Origin: an uncultured archaeon | GTDB lineage: Archaea; Aenigmatarchaeota; Aenigmatarchaeia; CG10238-14 | Assembly: GCA_964601485.1 (NCBI GenBank) | Contig: CAZRNP010000016.1 | Location: 1 to 18,261 of the forward strand | Reading direction: 5' to 3' | DNA length: 18,261 bases | Shown here: piece after piece, positions 1 to 7,923 of the stretch | Numbering within the stretch: position 1 is the first letter of the stretch | Layout of the letters: the number at the start of each line of letters is the position of its first letter | The notes under the pieces: model-generated | Databases searched by the model: none | Told to the model about the DNA's origin: nothing | What the model saw: only the letters and a program-made list of their open reading frames with translations | Made by a program: the position numbers and the translations under genes

Positions 1-290
1 CATATTTGAAACCCTAATACACCTGTATTTGGCATGTTTCTAACATTAATTTTTAAATTAAATAGTTTTTTATACAAATCAATTATCTTTGTTAGATAGT
101 GTTCTCTGTCATCTATTATATTACCCCTAAGTTGATAAAAGAACCCTTTAGTATACCTATTCATGCTACCGTCTCCTATATGAAGTCCTGTTTCTTCTGC
201 AAGATCACATGTTATTTCATTAGGTAATATAATTTCTTTTTTTAAATCTGCATTTTCAAAAATTATTTTGTTAAGATTTAATTTTGTCAT
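1..290 (-). CDS. LAGLIDADG-family homing endonuclease, N-terminal part (truncated by window edge)
   Basis: Reverse strand reads MTKLNLNKIIFENADLKKEIILPNEITCDLAEETGLHIGDGSMNRYTKGFFYQLRGNIIDDREHYLTKIIDLYKKLFNLKINVRNMPNTGVLGFQI...; LAEETGLHIGDGSM matches the first LAGLIDADG helix/acidic motif, followed by the usual Y-x-L-x-G...D..Y pattern. Start codon at 290-288. Confidence 0.75.
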   Translation of the reverse strand, partial: MTKLNLNKIIFENADLKKEIILPNEITCDLAEETGLHIGDGSMNRYTKGFFYQLRGNIIDDREHYLTKIIDLYKKLFNLKINVRNMPNTGVLGFQI

Positions 291-358
291 ATAAATGTAT
301 ATAAATTGAAAGATATATAAAAATTTCGATTGTATATTATAAAATTTAAGAGAATAGT

Positions 359-448
359 GGACCGGCTGAGATTCGAACTCAGGGCCTTTCGGTTATCAGC
401 TTCGTCGTATAGTACTCGAACGCTCCAGCCAGGCTGAGCTACCGGTCC
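359..448 (-). tRNA. tRNA-Ile(GAT) with an apparent 16-nt intron (401-416)
   Basis: GGACCGG/CCGGTCC acceptor (7 bp), D-arm GCTC-AGCCTGGCTG-GAGC, T-arm CTGAG-TTCGAAT-CTCAG. Removing AGTACTATACGACGAA gives anticodon arm TTCGG-CTGATAA-CCGAA, variable AGGCC; A73 discriminator. Confidence 0.85.
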
Positions 449-507
449 TTGAAAACTTATTTTTAATGCTAACTATTTTAATCTTGTGTTAAGAACTTAA
501 TTAATGA

Positions 508-578
508 GGGCCGATAGATCAACGGTAGATCGCTTGCTCCGCAAGTAAGAGGCTGAGGGTTCAAATCCCTCTCGGTCC
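508..578 (+). tRNA. tRNA, probably Ala(CGC)
   Basis: Acceptor GGGCCGA/TCGGTCC with G3:U70 (Ala identity pair) and A73; D-arm GATC-AACGGTA-GATC; anticodon arm CTTGC-TCCGCAA-GTAAG; T-arm GAGGG-TTCAAAT-CCCTC. Position 33 reads C rather than U. Confidence 0.75.
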
Positions 579-579
579 A
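560..579 (+). repeat. 20-bp direct repeat, copy 1 (3' end of the tRNA gene; candidate att site)
   Basis: TTCAAATCCCTCTCGGTCCA, identical to 2348-2367. Confidence 0.85.
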
Positions 580-877
580 AATGGTTAAGCTAAAAATAGG
601 TTATTAATGGTATTTAGTAGCCAAATTCAAAGACTTGAAAAAAGATGAAAAAATCGGTCCATTGGACCTGAAAATCTATGGACTTTTGGAGAATTGAATC
701 CTTAATGAAGAACAAAAACATATCTGATTCTGAACTTCCTTCGTAATTATCGCCGAGAGTGAGGAGTGAGTTGTTGTTATTTTAAGAAGGAAAATTCAAC
801 ATGTCATCTGATTCTGTGGGGTTATTTTAAAGGCTTAAATCTTTTATATATAATTTTCTTTTTTTAGAATAAATTTA

Positions 878-1600
878 TTAGAAGAGTTCAGGAATAAGTT
901 CATGCAGAGTTGTATGGGCATCTTTTATTATAGGACTGGTATCCTCTCGTGATCTGTACTTCTTTTCTAGAATGGAGAATAAAATCGAAAGATGTTTTAA
1001 AAATTCATCTAATTTAAATTGTTTTAATTTCATTGAGCCTGCCTCTGAATCGACAAGTCTAAATGGATAATCGTTAAGTCTAAACATCTGATTTTTCATG
1101 TTATTATCTAAATCTTTGATAGTAACTTTTCCTTCATCAACAATCCTCGCAAAAGCCTCTCCAACATTTTCTTGCAGAACGGCTTCGGCTAATGCAAAAT
1201 CGATTTTAGCTATGTCTATTGGACTTACTCCAGCTTGTTCGTAAAGATTTAAAATACGATTATAAGCTCTGTTGACTACATTTGGAAGGAATACGTAAAC
1301 TTCCTTTCCATCAGACCTTTTGTAATTTACTTTTAAAGACTCTTTCTCAAGGGATATTATTAACCCTTCTAAAAATGGGTCTTCACCAACTTCTTTCTTT
1401 ATACCATCCAACAAATCTCCTAGTTTTCCAAAACTTCCTTCGATTGGCACCCATGGGATATAGGCTAAAACAGTGTAATTGTTTGATGCATCTAGTTTTC
1501 TTATGTCATCTACAGAAGCACATTCAAAATTTCCACTACTCGTTCTAATTATATAGCTATGACATTGTTGAGAAGAGATATTTATCGACCTCAAATACAA
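878..1600 (-). CDS. Hypothetical protein (240 aa)
   Basis: Longest ORF in the interval, plausible amino-acid composition; no family recognised. Confidence 0.65.
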   Translation of the reverse strand: MYLRSINISSQQCHSYIIRTSSGNFECASVDDIRKLDASNNYTVLAYIPWVPIEGSFGKLGDLLDGIKKEVGEDPFLEGLIISLEKESLKVNYKRSDGKEVYVFLPNVVNRAYNRILNLYEQAGVSPIDIAKIDFALAEAVLQENVGEAFARIVDEGKVTIKDLDNNMKNQMFRLNDYPFRLVDSEAGSMKLKQFKLDEFLKHLSILFSILEKKYRSREDTSPIIKDAHTTLHELIPELF

Positions 1601-1763
1601 AATATACCGATAAAATTAAATAATTTATCAAAAATAGACTCGTTAAAACCAAATAATTTAATGGATAAATGGCTAAAAAAGTAGTGAATCCTTCTAATAT
1701 TTCGTATACCAAAAACAATAATAAAATAAATGTAGCAATATCACATTTTTTTCCTTCAAACAT
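1557..1763 (-). CDS. Possible small membrane protein (68 aa)
   Basis: ORF with two hydrophobic segments (TFILLLFLVYEIL; LVLTSLFLINYLILSVYFVF); overlaps the start of the downstream ORF by 44 nt on the same strand. Confidence 0.35.
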   Translation of the reverse strand: MFEGKKCDIATFILLLFLVYEILEGFTTFLAIYPLNYLVLTSLFLINYLILSVYFVFEVDKYLFSTMS

Positions 1764-1920
1764 ACTCTCTAATTAATTATTGTGGATAATGACGTATAAA
1801 CCTTATTTGCGAGCATTTTTCAATTTCGTCCAAAGAACAAAAATCTATATGATTCCGTTTAAATTAAAATGTTTTTCTGGATAGGTAAAGGATAAAAGTT
1901 TAATTTTAAGTTAAATTTTA

Positions 1921-2154
1921 ATGGTCACCGAACATGCTCTTGAAATAGCAAGAATAATTGCCCAAAAATATAGAGTGAAATTAGAAGTTAGTTTTATACA
2001 TAATTCTGACAAGGTAGATGTTAAAATTAGTTATCAAAATCTGAAGGATTTAAATGGTTTTTTAAGTGAATTGTCGAAAACACCAGGGGTTGGATGTGAA
2101 ATATTTTATTGGAGTAAACCAGATTCTAGTAAAACAGATAAATACATTGCTTGA
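1921..2154 (+). CDS. Small hypothetical protein (77 aa)
   Basis: Complete ORF with mixed alpha/beta-like composition; no family recognised. Confidence 0.4.
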   Translation: MVTEHALEIARIIAQKYRVKLEVSFIHNSDKVDVKISYQNLKDLNGFLSELSKTPGVGCEIFYWSKPDSSKTDKYIA

Positions 2155-2347
2155 AGAACAAAAACCTATCTGAAGTATATTCTCCAGTGAATACTTTCAG
2201 CCGTTTTCCATGATAACAAACCATTAAGAAATGGACTCTTTTGGTTGAAAGGGTTAAGGGAATTTTGAAAGTGAAAAAGTATATAGTGGAGAGGTTAGTT
2301 TAGCCCATTTAGTGTAACTAAAACCATTAAAAACTATATTTGAGCTT

Positions 2348-2367
2348 CAAATCCCTCTCGGTCCATT
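2348..2367 (+). repeat. 20-bp direct repeat, copy 2 (candidate att site)
   Basis: TTCAAATCCCTCTCGGTCCA, identical to the T-arm/acceptor end of the tRNA at 560-579. Confidence 0.85.
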
Positions 2368-2453
2368 TAATACGTTTAGAATATAATTATATGGAAAATA
2401 CCCTACAAAAACTGTATAATTAATAAATTTAATACAGAAATCAAATATTAATT

Positions 2454-4838
2454 ATGAAGAAAAAAATTTCGTTGCTGATCTTCTCAATTCTAATTATTTT
2501 TCTTTTAATATCAACAGTAAAAGCAGATGGTGGATTCTTCCCTCCAGTTTATTACAAGGAAGACTTGTTTGAACCGACTCAAAAAGCCGTTATATTTCAT
2601 AACAACGGTGAAGAAAGAATAGTACTTCAAGTTGAATACAGCGGTTCAATGAAAGATTTTGCATGGGTAGTTCCTACCCCAAGTTATCCTGTTGTTAACA
2701 AGTCAGATCCACTTTTATTTGAAGAACTCCACTATTTAACTGAACCGATTTATAGAAGAGCTCCTGAGTGGCCATTGTTTTGGGGTTATTATGGTTCTGC
2801 CCTAATGGCAGTAGATAAAGGGGGTGTCCAACTTCTTGAAAGATATCAAGTTGGAATTTATGATGTGAGTATTCTATCTGCAACAGACCCTAATGCCTTA
2901 ATTAATTGGTTGAACAATAACAATTATTCAATCCCTCAAACTGCAAGAGGTGTAATTCAGCATTACATCGATAAAAATTGGTATTTTATTGCGATTAGAA
3001 TAAATTTAGCACCGTACAACGAAAATCTTATATCAACTCTCAGGAAAATCGACAGTAGGGTTACTACTCAAGAAAATGCAGTCCAATATTTGACAGACGA
3101 TTTAGTGAATTATGTAAAGGATGGAAAATTATACGATGAGTTAACTGCGATAAGAAATACTAATATAGAGTACGGTGAGGAAACAAAAACAAAGGTACAA
3201 GAGTTACCATACATGTATCGAATGCGTTATGAAAGTGCTCCTACTAGATTGATTGATGAGAGGGAATATACAGAATTATATGAAAATTATAACGGCTATT
3301 TAGATGATCACTTAAGGAATGATATACAGAAAAATATAGAAAATAAACTCACTCAAAAAATAGAGATTCCTTACTCGGATAGTTGTTATGAAGGTCGTCA
3401 CTGGCAAACAGGTGTTGATTATTCTTATTGTTATGTTTGGTATTTTACAAAAAATTCAGAAGAATATAAAACCTTGAAGAGTGTTGATTGCGGTCAGTAT
3501 TGTTCTAGAGTTTCTCAAACAAAAACCCAGTATTCAGCGGATGACTTAGCATACGTGGCGGCTAATGCTATAATGAATGGAGATGAATATATTAAAAACT
3601 ATTTTGAAATAACTCAGACGCAAATTGACTGGTATCAGAATTCTAAACAACGTTTCGATTATGTTTTCAATCAAGTTAAAAATAAGTTAATGGTAAAGTT
3701 AAATCAAGATGCGAATAATCTACGTTTACAGCTTGAACAACAATTAGCTCAAGAATATTCCCAAAAAACAGGAATGACTTTCAGTAATGTGAATGGAATT
3801 GCATATTTCTTTGCCGATAAGACATTACAAGATATTAAAACTGATAAAACATTCTTAAATTCATACATCTACAGTTTTGGTTTGATTGATTCTGGTGAAT
3901 ATACCAATTACAAAAGATTACACGATGGAAATCACGATGAAATAGGACTTAGGACTGCGATGGAGGAAATTGTAGATAAAGTAGTCTATTTTGAATACGA
4001 ACAAGTGAAAGGACAGTTAAACGCTGGAACAGTTCAACCATTGATGATAACATTCTATTCTGATGAAATAGTTTATCCTTTGAAAATGTCATCGATGAAC
4101 AAAGGCGCTGCTGAAATTTTGTTGTATGTTTTTACGAATTATAGAGTAGAAATAAATGGGTTCAATGTAGAATACGCTAAATGGATCAAACCCGAGGATA
4201 TAAGAACTGAAAGTTATCTCGAGTACAAAAGACAATATGGGGATAAACCAGTTTCTGAAGTCCCTCAATATTATCGAAAAGATGTTTATTATTACCTCAA
4301 CCAACTGTTGGATGACAGATACTTTTTGACCAAGATGAGAAGATCTATGTACCCAAGTGAAATGGAAGATTTGGTAATAACACAAGCTAGAAACAACGAA
4401 GAATACAGGTTGATTACATATGAACCGGGTTATGCAATGAAATGGATAGGGTTCATTATTGGAATCGGTATTTTAAGTTTGATCCTTACAGTTTTTTTCA
4501 TACCGATCGGATGGTTAAGCAATAGGTTGACAAATAGAAATGAAAAATCCATTTATTATGTTACTAAAAAAAGATGCTTTTATTATGCCTTAATATTCAT
4601 GCTTTTATTGGGCTTAACTATTATATTTTCTACTGTTGCAAATGTTTATTGGGATGTTTTAAAACCATTTAGCTGGTTTTTTGAATTCCTATCACATTTA
4701 TTGAATTTCATCGGACTTCCAGGACTTTTAATCGGAATAATTCTGTTCATACTTGCTTTATCCTTGATATTTGCTATTATACATGTAATTTTCAGTTTTA
4801 TCATATCGATATTTAAAACTTCAAAAAAACAATATTGA
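2454..4838 (+). CDS. DUF2330-like secreted/membrane-anchored protein
   Basis: Signal peptide (KKKISLLIFSILIIFLLISTVKADGGFF), N-terminal 'GGFFPP...QKAVIFHNNGEERIVLQVEYSGSMKDFAWVVPTPSYP' typical of DUF2330, three C-terminal hydrophobic segments. Confidence 0.8.
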   Translation: MKKKISLLIFSILIIFLLISTVKADGGFFPPVYYKEDLFEPTQKAVIFHNNGEERIVLQVEYSGSMKDFAWVVPTPSYPVVNKSDPLLFEELHYLTEPIYRRAPEWPLFWGYYGSALMAVDKGGVQLLERYQVGIYDVSILSATDPNALINWLNNNNYSIPQTARGVIQHYIDKNWYFIAIRINLAPYNENLISTLRKIDSRVTTQENAVQYLTDDLVNYVKDGKLYDELTAIRNTNIEYGEETKTKVQELPYMYRMRYESAPTRLIDEREYTELYENYNGYLDDHLRNDIQKNIENKLTQKIEIPYSDSCYEGRHWQTGVDYSYCYVWYFTKNSEEYKTLKSVDCGQYCSRVSQTKTQYSADDLAYVAANAIMNGDEYIKNYFEITQTQIDWYQNSKQRFDYVFNQVKNKLMVKLNQDANNLRLQLEQQLAQEYSQKTGMTFSNVNGIAYFFADKTLQDIKTDKTFLNSYIYSFGLIDSGEYTNYKRLHDGNHDEIGLRTAMEEIVDKVVYFEYEQVKGQLNAGTVQPLMITFYSDEIVYPLKMSSMNKGAAEILLYVFTNYRVEINGFNVEYAKWIKPEDIRTESYLEYKRQYGDKPVSEVPQYYRKDVYYYLNQLLDDRYFLTKMRRSMYPSEMEDLVITQARNNEEYRLITYEPGYAMKWIGFIIGIGILSLILTVFFIPIGWLSNRLTNRNEKSIYYVTKKRCFYYALIFMLLLGLTIIFSTVANVYWDVLKPFSWFFEFLSHLLNFIGLPGLLIGIILFILALSLIFAIIHVIFSFIISIFKTSKKQY

Positions 4839-4907
4839 ATTCTTAGGTTAAAACGCCGATAAAATTATTTAAACCAAAACCTATAGTCTTTCAAAGGAGG
4901 TTCAACA

Positions 4908-5087
4908 ATGACTTGTTATTGTAAATCTTTATTGGCTGTTTTAGTGATAATCCTTGCTTGGTTTGAAACAGGATACAATCAAATACTCCTGACAATCGTC
5001 GGTCTAGTACTACTTGTCATGAGCATAAAACCAAATATCTGTTGTTGCTGCATGAAAAAAACTGCCAAAAAAACCAAGAAGAGATAA
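4908..5087 (+). CDS. Small Cys-rich membrane protein (59 aa), not in supplied ORF track
   Basis: Strong SD AAAGGAGG at 4893-4900, 7 nt upstream of ATG; MTCYCKSLLAVLVIILAWFETGYNQILLTIVGLVLLVMSIKPNICCCCMKKTAKKTKKR with two hydrophobic helices, a CCCC cluster and basic tail. Confidence 0.7.
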   Translation: MTCYCKSLLAVLVIILAWFETGYNQILLTIVGLVLLVMSIKPNICCCCMKKTAKKTKKR

Positions 5088-5164
5088 GTTAAAACTATAA
5101 AGACTTTGAAAACAGCTTTGCATAATCAATATAACCTTCAACTCAGTATCTTTTATAGATAGAA

Positions 5165-5881
5165 ATGATAATAGCTGCCACAGGAGACATCCATTCACCG
5201 AGGCTTTTCGAGTATTTTGTAGAGGCTATGGAAGATTTCCATGCCAAGCCAGACTTGTTTTTTTTATCAGGGGACGTGATCAACAAGGGGAAGGTTGACG
5301 AATACCAAAAGATCTACAACGTATTCTTCGGTAAGATTACTTGTCCCATCATAGCATGTTTTGGTAACGATGAGTTTGGGAATGAGACGAAGATGTTGAT
5401 AGAGAGTCAAGTCCCTGACATCAAGTTTTTAGACGATGAAACTTTGATCGTTGAAGTGCAGGGCAAGTCTGTTGGTATTGTTGGGAGCTTAGGCAGCTTA
5501 GACAGACCATCTTTTTGGCAAAGGAATAATGTCCCTGGTGTAGCCGAGGTATACAAGAAAAGAGTAGGGACTGTGGAGAAACTTCTGTCTGAATTGAGGA
5601 CTGATGTGAAGGTTTTACTCATCCACTACGCCCCCACGTACAAGATTCTTGAAGGAGAGGAAGAAAGAATTTATCCTGAACTGGGTTGTAATGATTATGA
5701 AAGGATCTTGACAGAACAAAAACCTGACCTTGTTATAACTGGGCATTCACACAAAGGAAAAAAACAAGCTTGGGTCGATACTGTCCCGATAGTAAACGTG
5801 GCTTTTCCTCTGAACAAAGAAATAGTCATCATCGATACGGAGAAAGATTTGAAACCTGGGTTGGAGAAGTTTCTTGAATAA
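5165..5881 (+). CDS. Calcineurin-like metallophosphoesterase
   Basis: Ordered metallophosphoesterase motifs: GDIHS, GDVINKG, FGNDE, IHYAP, GHSHKG. Confidence 0.88.
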   Translation: MIIAATGDIHSPRLFEYFVEAMEDFHAKPDLFFLSGDVINKGKVDEYQKIYNVFFGKITCPIIACFGNDEFGNETKMLIESQVPDIKFLDDETLIVEVQGKSVGIVGSLGSLDRPSFWQRNNVPGVAEVYKKRVGTVEKLLSELRTDVKVLLIHYAPTYKILEGEEERIYPELGCNDYERILTEQKPDLVITGHSHKGKKQAWVDTVPIVNVAFPLNKEIVIIDTEKDLKPGLEKFLE

Positions 5882-5918
5882 ATTAAAATTTAATGTAACT
5901 TTAGAATTCATTTAAAAC

Positions 5919-7709
5919 TCATACTTTCGACCCCGAGTAACTGGCTCTAAATTCGCTTAAAAAGGGAATTGCATCAACTTCCTTCGAAGGGATGTGAATT
6001 GCAGTTCCCTTCATATAAGCTATCGAGTGAGAAGTATAATTTATTTCAAGTCTTTTAAGCATGTGCATAAATTGTTCGGGAAAATTTGGCCAATAGTTGA
6101 TAGTCGCTTCTGTAACCCGACCCCTATCCCAGATCGCTTGTTCAACGTAACCTCTTAAAAGATTTTCCCCCATCTTCGCTAGTTTCCATGCATTTTCTTC
6201 GTCAACTCTTTCTATACTGTTAAAATCTAAAATGGGGGATAGCTGTGAAGGGAGGCATCGAGCAAATCTCGTGTACTGACCTTTAAATTTTTTCTGTCCA
6301 AATTTTTTTAAACCTTCACCAGATTCTTTTCTTTCAGTTTTTGCGGGTTCGAAATCACCAAAAACCTTAAACCTTTCGAAAGATCTTTCCCCTAATGTCC
6401 TTCTTTCTCCGTAAGAAAAGGTAAAATTTTCATTTGAATAAGTAGTCTTTCCTTCAAATACAGAGCCGAATAGCATCCCTTGCATCTCTTCAGTAATCGG
6501 AAATTTTGGGTTTTTTATGATTAACCCTGCTCCAATTTTGGACCAATATCTTGGGTTATCTAATCTAATTCCAAGTTTTTCTATGGTATCTAACAGAGTT
6601 TTATTTATTACGCTCTTTCCTGTATAATACGTACTGACTATATCAGCTGCAATTCTCCCTATTTTTGAATGAACAGCATCTATATTCAATAAATAGGGTT
6701 TACCTTCATCAACCCAATTTAAAGCCAAAGAATAAGACCAAGGCCACTTATAAGATGTACACAAAACCCATTTCATTTTTTCGTTAGGGCTTCCCATTGC
6801 TTGAATAACTTTAGCTCTTTGCAAAGTTCCAAGGACTTCTTGTTTCTCTCTTATCTTTTGCAATGTAGTTTCAACTTGAGAAGTAGGGAGGAATTCCCCA
6901 AGTTTTTCTCTAAGGCTTTCAACCTTACTATAACCTGCTACGACTCCGTCTATTAATTCTAATAAAGGTTTTGGGTCAGTGTGGGTTTGAATTAATTCAA
7001 TCAAATCTTTTCTGGCCTCTAAGAAAGTCTTTGTAGAACCCCCGAGTCTCCTATCTATTTTTCTGATTGTTTCTCTTGCTTCATCCTTCTTCCCTCCATA
7101 AAGACCCATAGCATCAACCAATGCCTCCTCGTTCAAACCATAAGCTATGTAGTTGCTTATAGGCCCATAAAGTCCCCAATAGATTTTTTCAAAATCTTCT
7201 TTGATGATTCCAAAAGCTTCATGTAACGGATATCCTTTCAAGACTCTTAAATCTGCGACTTTTTCAAGGTCAGGAACTCCTCTGAAGAGAGTTTTAAGTA
7301 TAGGATGAACGGCAATTCCAAATGTGTAAAAAACTGCCTCTCTCTCTATGTATTCATTAGGATTTATTCCTCTTTCTAAAAGACGGGGTTCAGCTCTTTT
7401 ACCAGCTTCTAATAATATCTTTCTTTGATGTTCTCTCCAGATTCGTTCTTGTTTAAGCTCAGAGTTAATACCCCTAACTTGTTCAACTTCGCCTTTAAGA
7501 TCGGCATCAAACAAACGTTCAGCATGAAGTTCAACATCATGAGCGGTGGGATGAACCCTAATTCCTTCTACCTTAATTTCTTGAGTTTCAGCTTTTTTTA
7601 CTAAATCTTTAACCGCTTCATCTAATTGTTGTTCGAGTCTTTCCTCTTCGTCTTTCCAATGCCAAGACAGAGTATGACCTTCTGGTAGATTTCTCCAATC
7701 GATCTGCAT
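5919..7709 (-). CDS. Large uncharacterised protein (596 aa)
   Basis: Uninterrupted 1.8-kb ORF, soluble/charged composition with coiled-coil-like stretches; no family recognised. Confidence 0.75.
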   Translation of the reverse strand: MQIDWRNLPEGHTLSWHWKDEEERLEQQLDEAVKDLVKKAETQEIKVEGIRVHPTAHDVELHAERLFDADLKGEVEQVRGINSELKQERIWREHQRKILLEAGKRAEPRLLERGINPNEYIEREAVFYTFGIAVHPILKTLFRGVPDLEKVADLRVLKGYPLHEAFGIIKEDFEKIYWGLYGPISNYIAYGLNEEALVDAMGLYGGKKDEARETIRKIDRRLGGSTKTFLEARKDLIELIQTHTDPKPLLELIDGVVAGYSKVESLREKLGEFLPTSQVETTLQKIREKQEVLGTLQRAKVIQAMGSPNEKMKWVLCTSYKWPWSYSLALNWVDEGKPYLLNIDAVHSKIGRIAADIVSTYYTGKSVINKTLLDTIEKLGIRLDNPRYWSKIGAGLIIKNPKFPITEEMQGMLFGSVFEGKTTYSNENFTFSYGERRTLGERSFERFKVFGDFEPAKTERKESGEGLKKFGQKKFKGQYTRFARCLPSQLSPILDFNSIERVDEENAWKLAKMGENLLRGYVEQAIWDRGRVTEATINYWPNFPEQFMHMLKRLEINYTSHSIAYMKGTAIHIPSKEVDAIPFLSEFRASYSGSKV

Positions 7710-7923
7710 ATTTTACCATTTAAATGAAAAAGTTAAATAGTTAATTAGTACCAGTAGATATGGCTCTAAATAATTTTCAGTTCCAACAACCTTTTGAGGT
7801 AGATTTCTGTTAAATCAAAAATTATAGTGGTGATCATAAACCTACCAACAAAGCATTTATTAATTAAATTATATTAAAATTTTACAAGCTTGAGAAAAAG
7901 AAAAATTTTAGAAAGAATTGTAG

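Larger units (their letters stand above)
560..2367. mobile_element. Possible tRNA-targeted integrated element or remnant (~1.8 kb)
   Basis: Bounded by a 20-bp direct repeat of the tRNA 3' end; contains only short unrecognised ORFs; no integrase visible. Confidence 0.4.

Noticed and set aside
654-663. Third partial copy of the tRNA end (TCGGTCCATT)
   Set aside because: Only 10 bp matches the 2358-2369 region; suggestive of nested events but too short to claim.
5010-5198. 62-aa ORF antisense to the small Cys-rich protein
   Set aside because: Overlaps the better-supported + strand small gene that has a strong SD.
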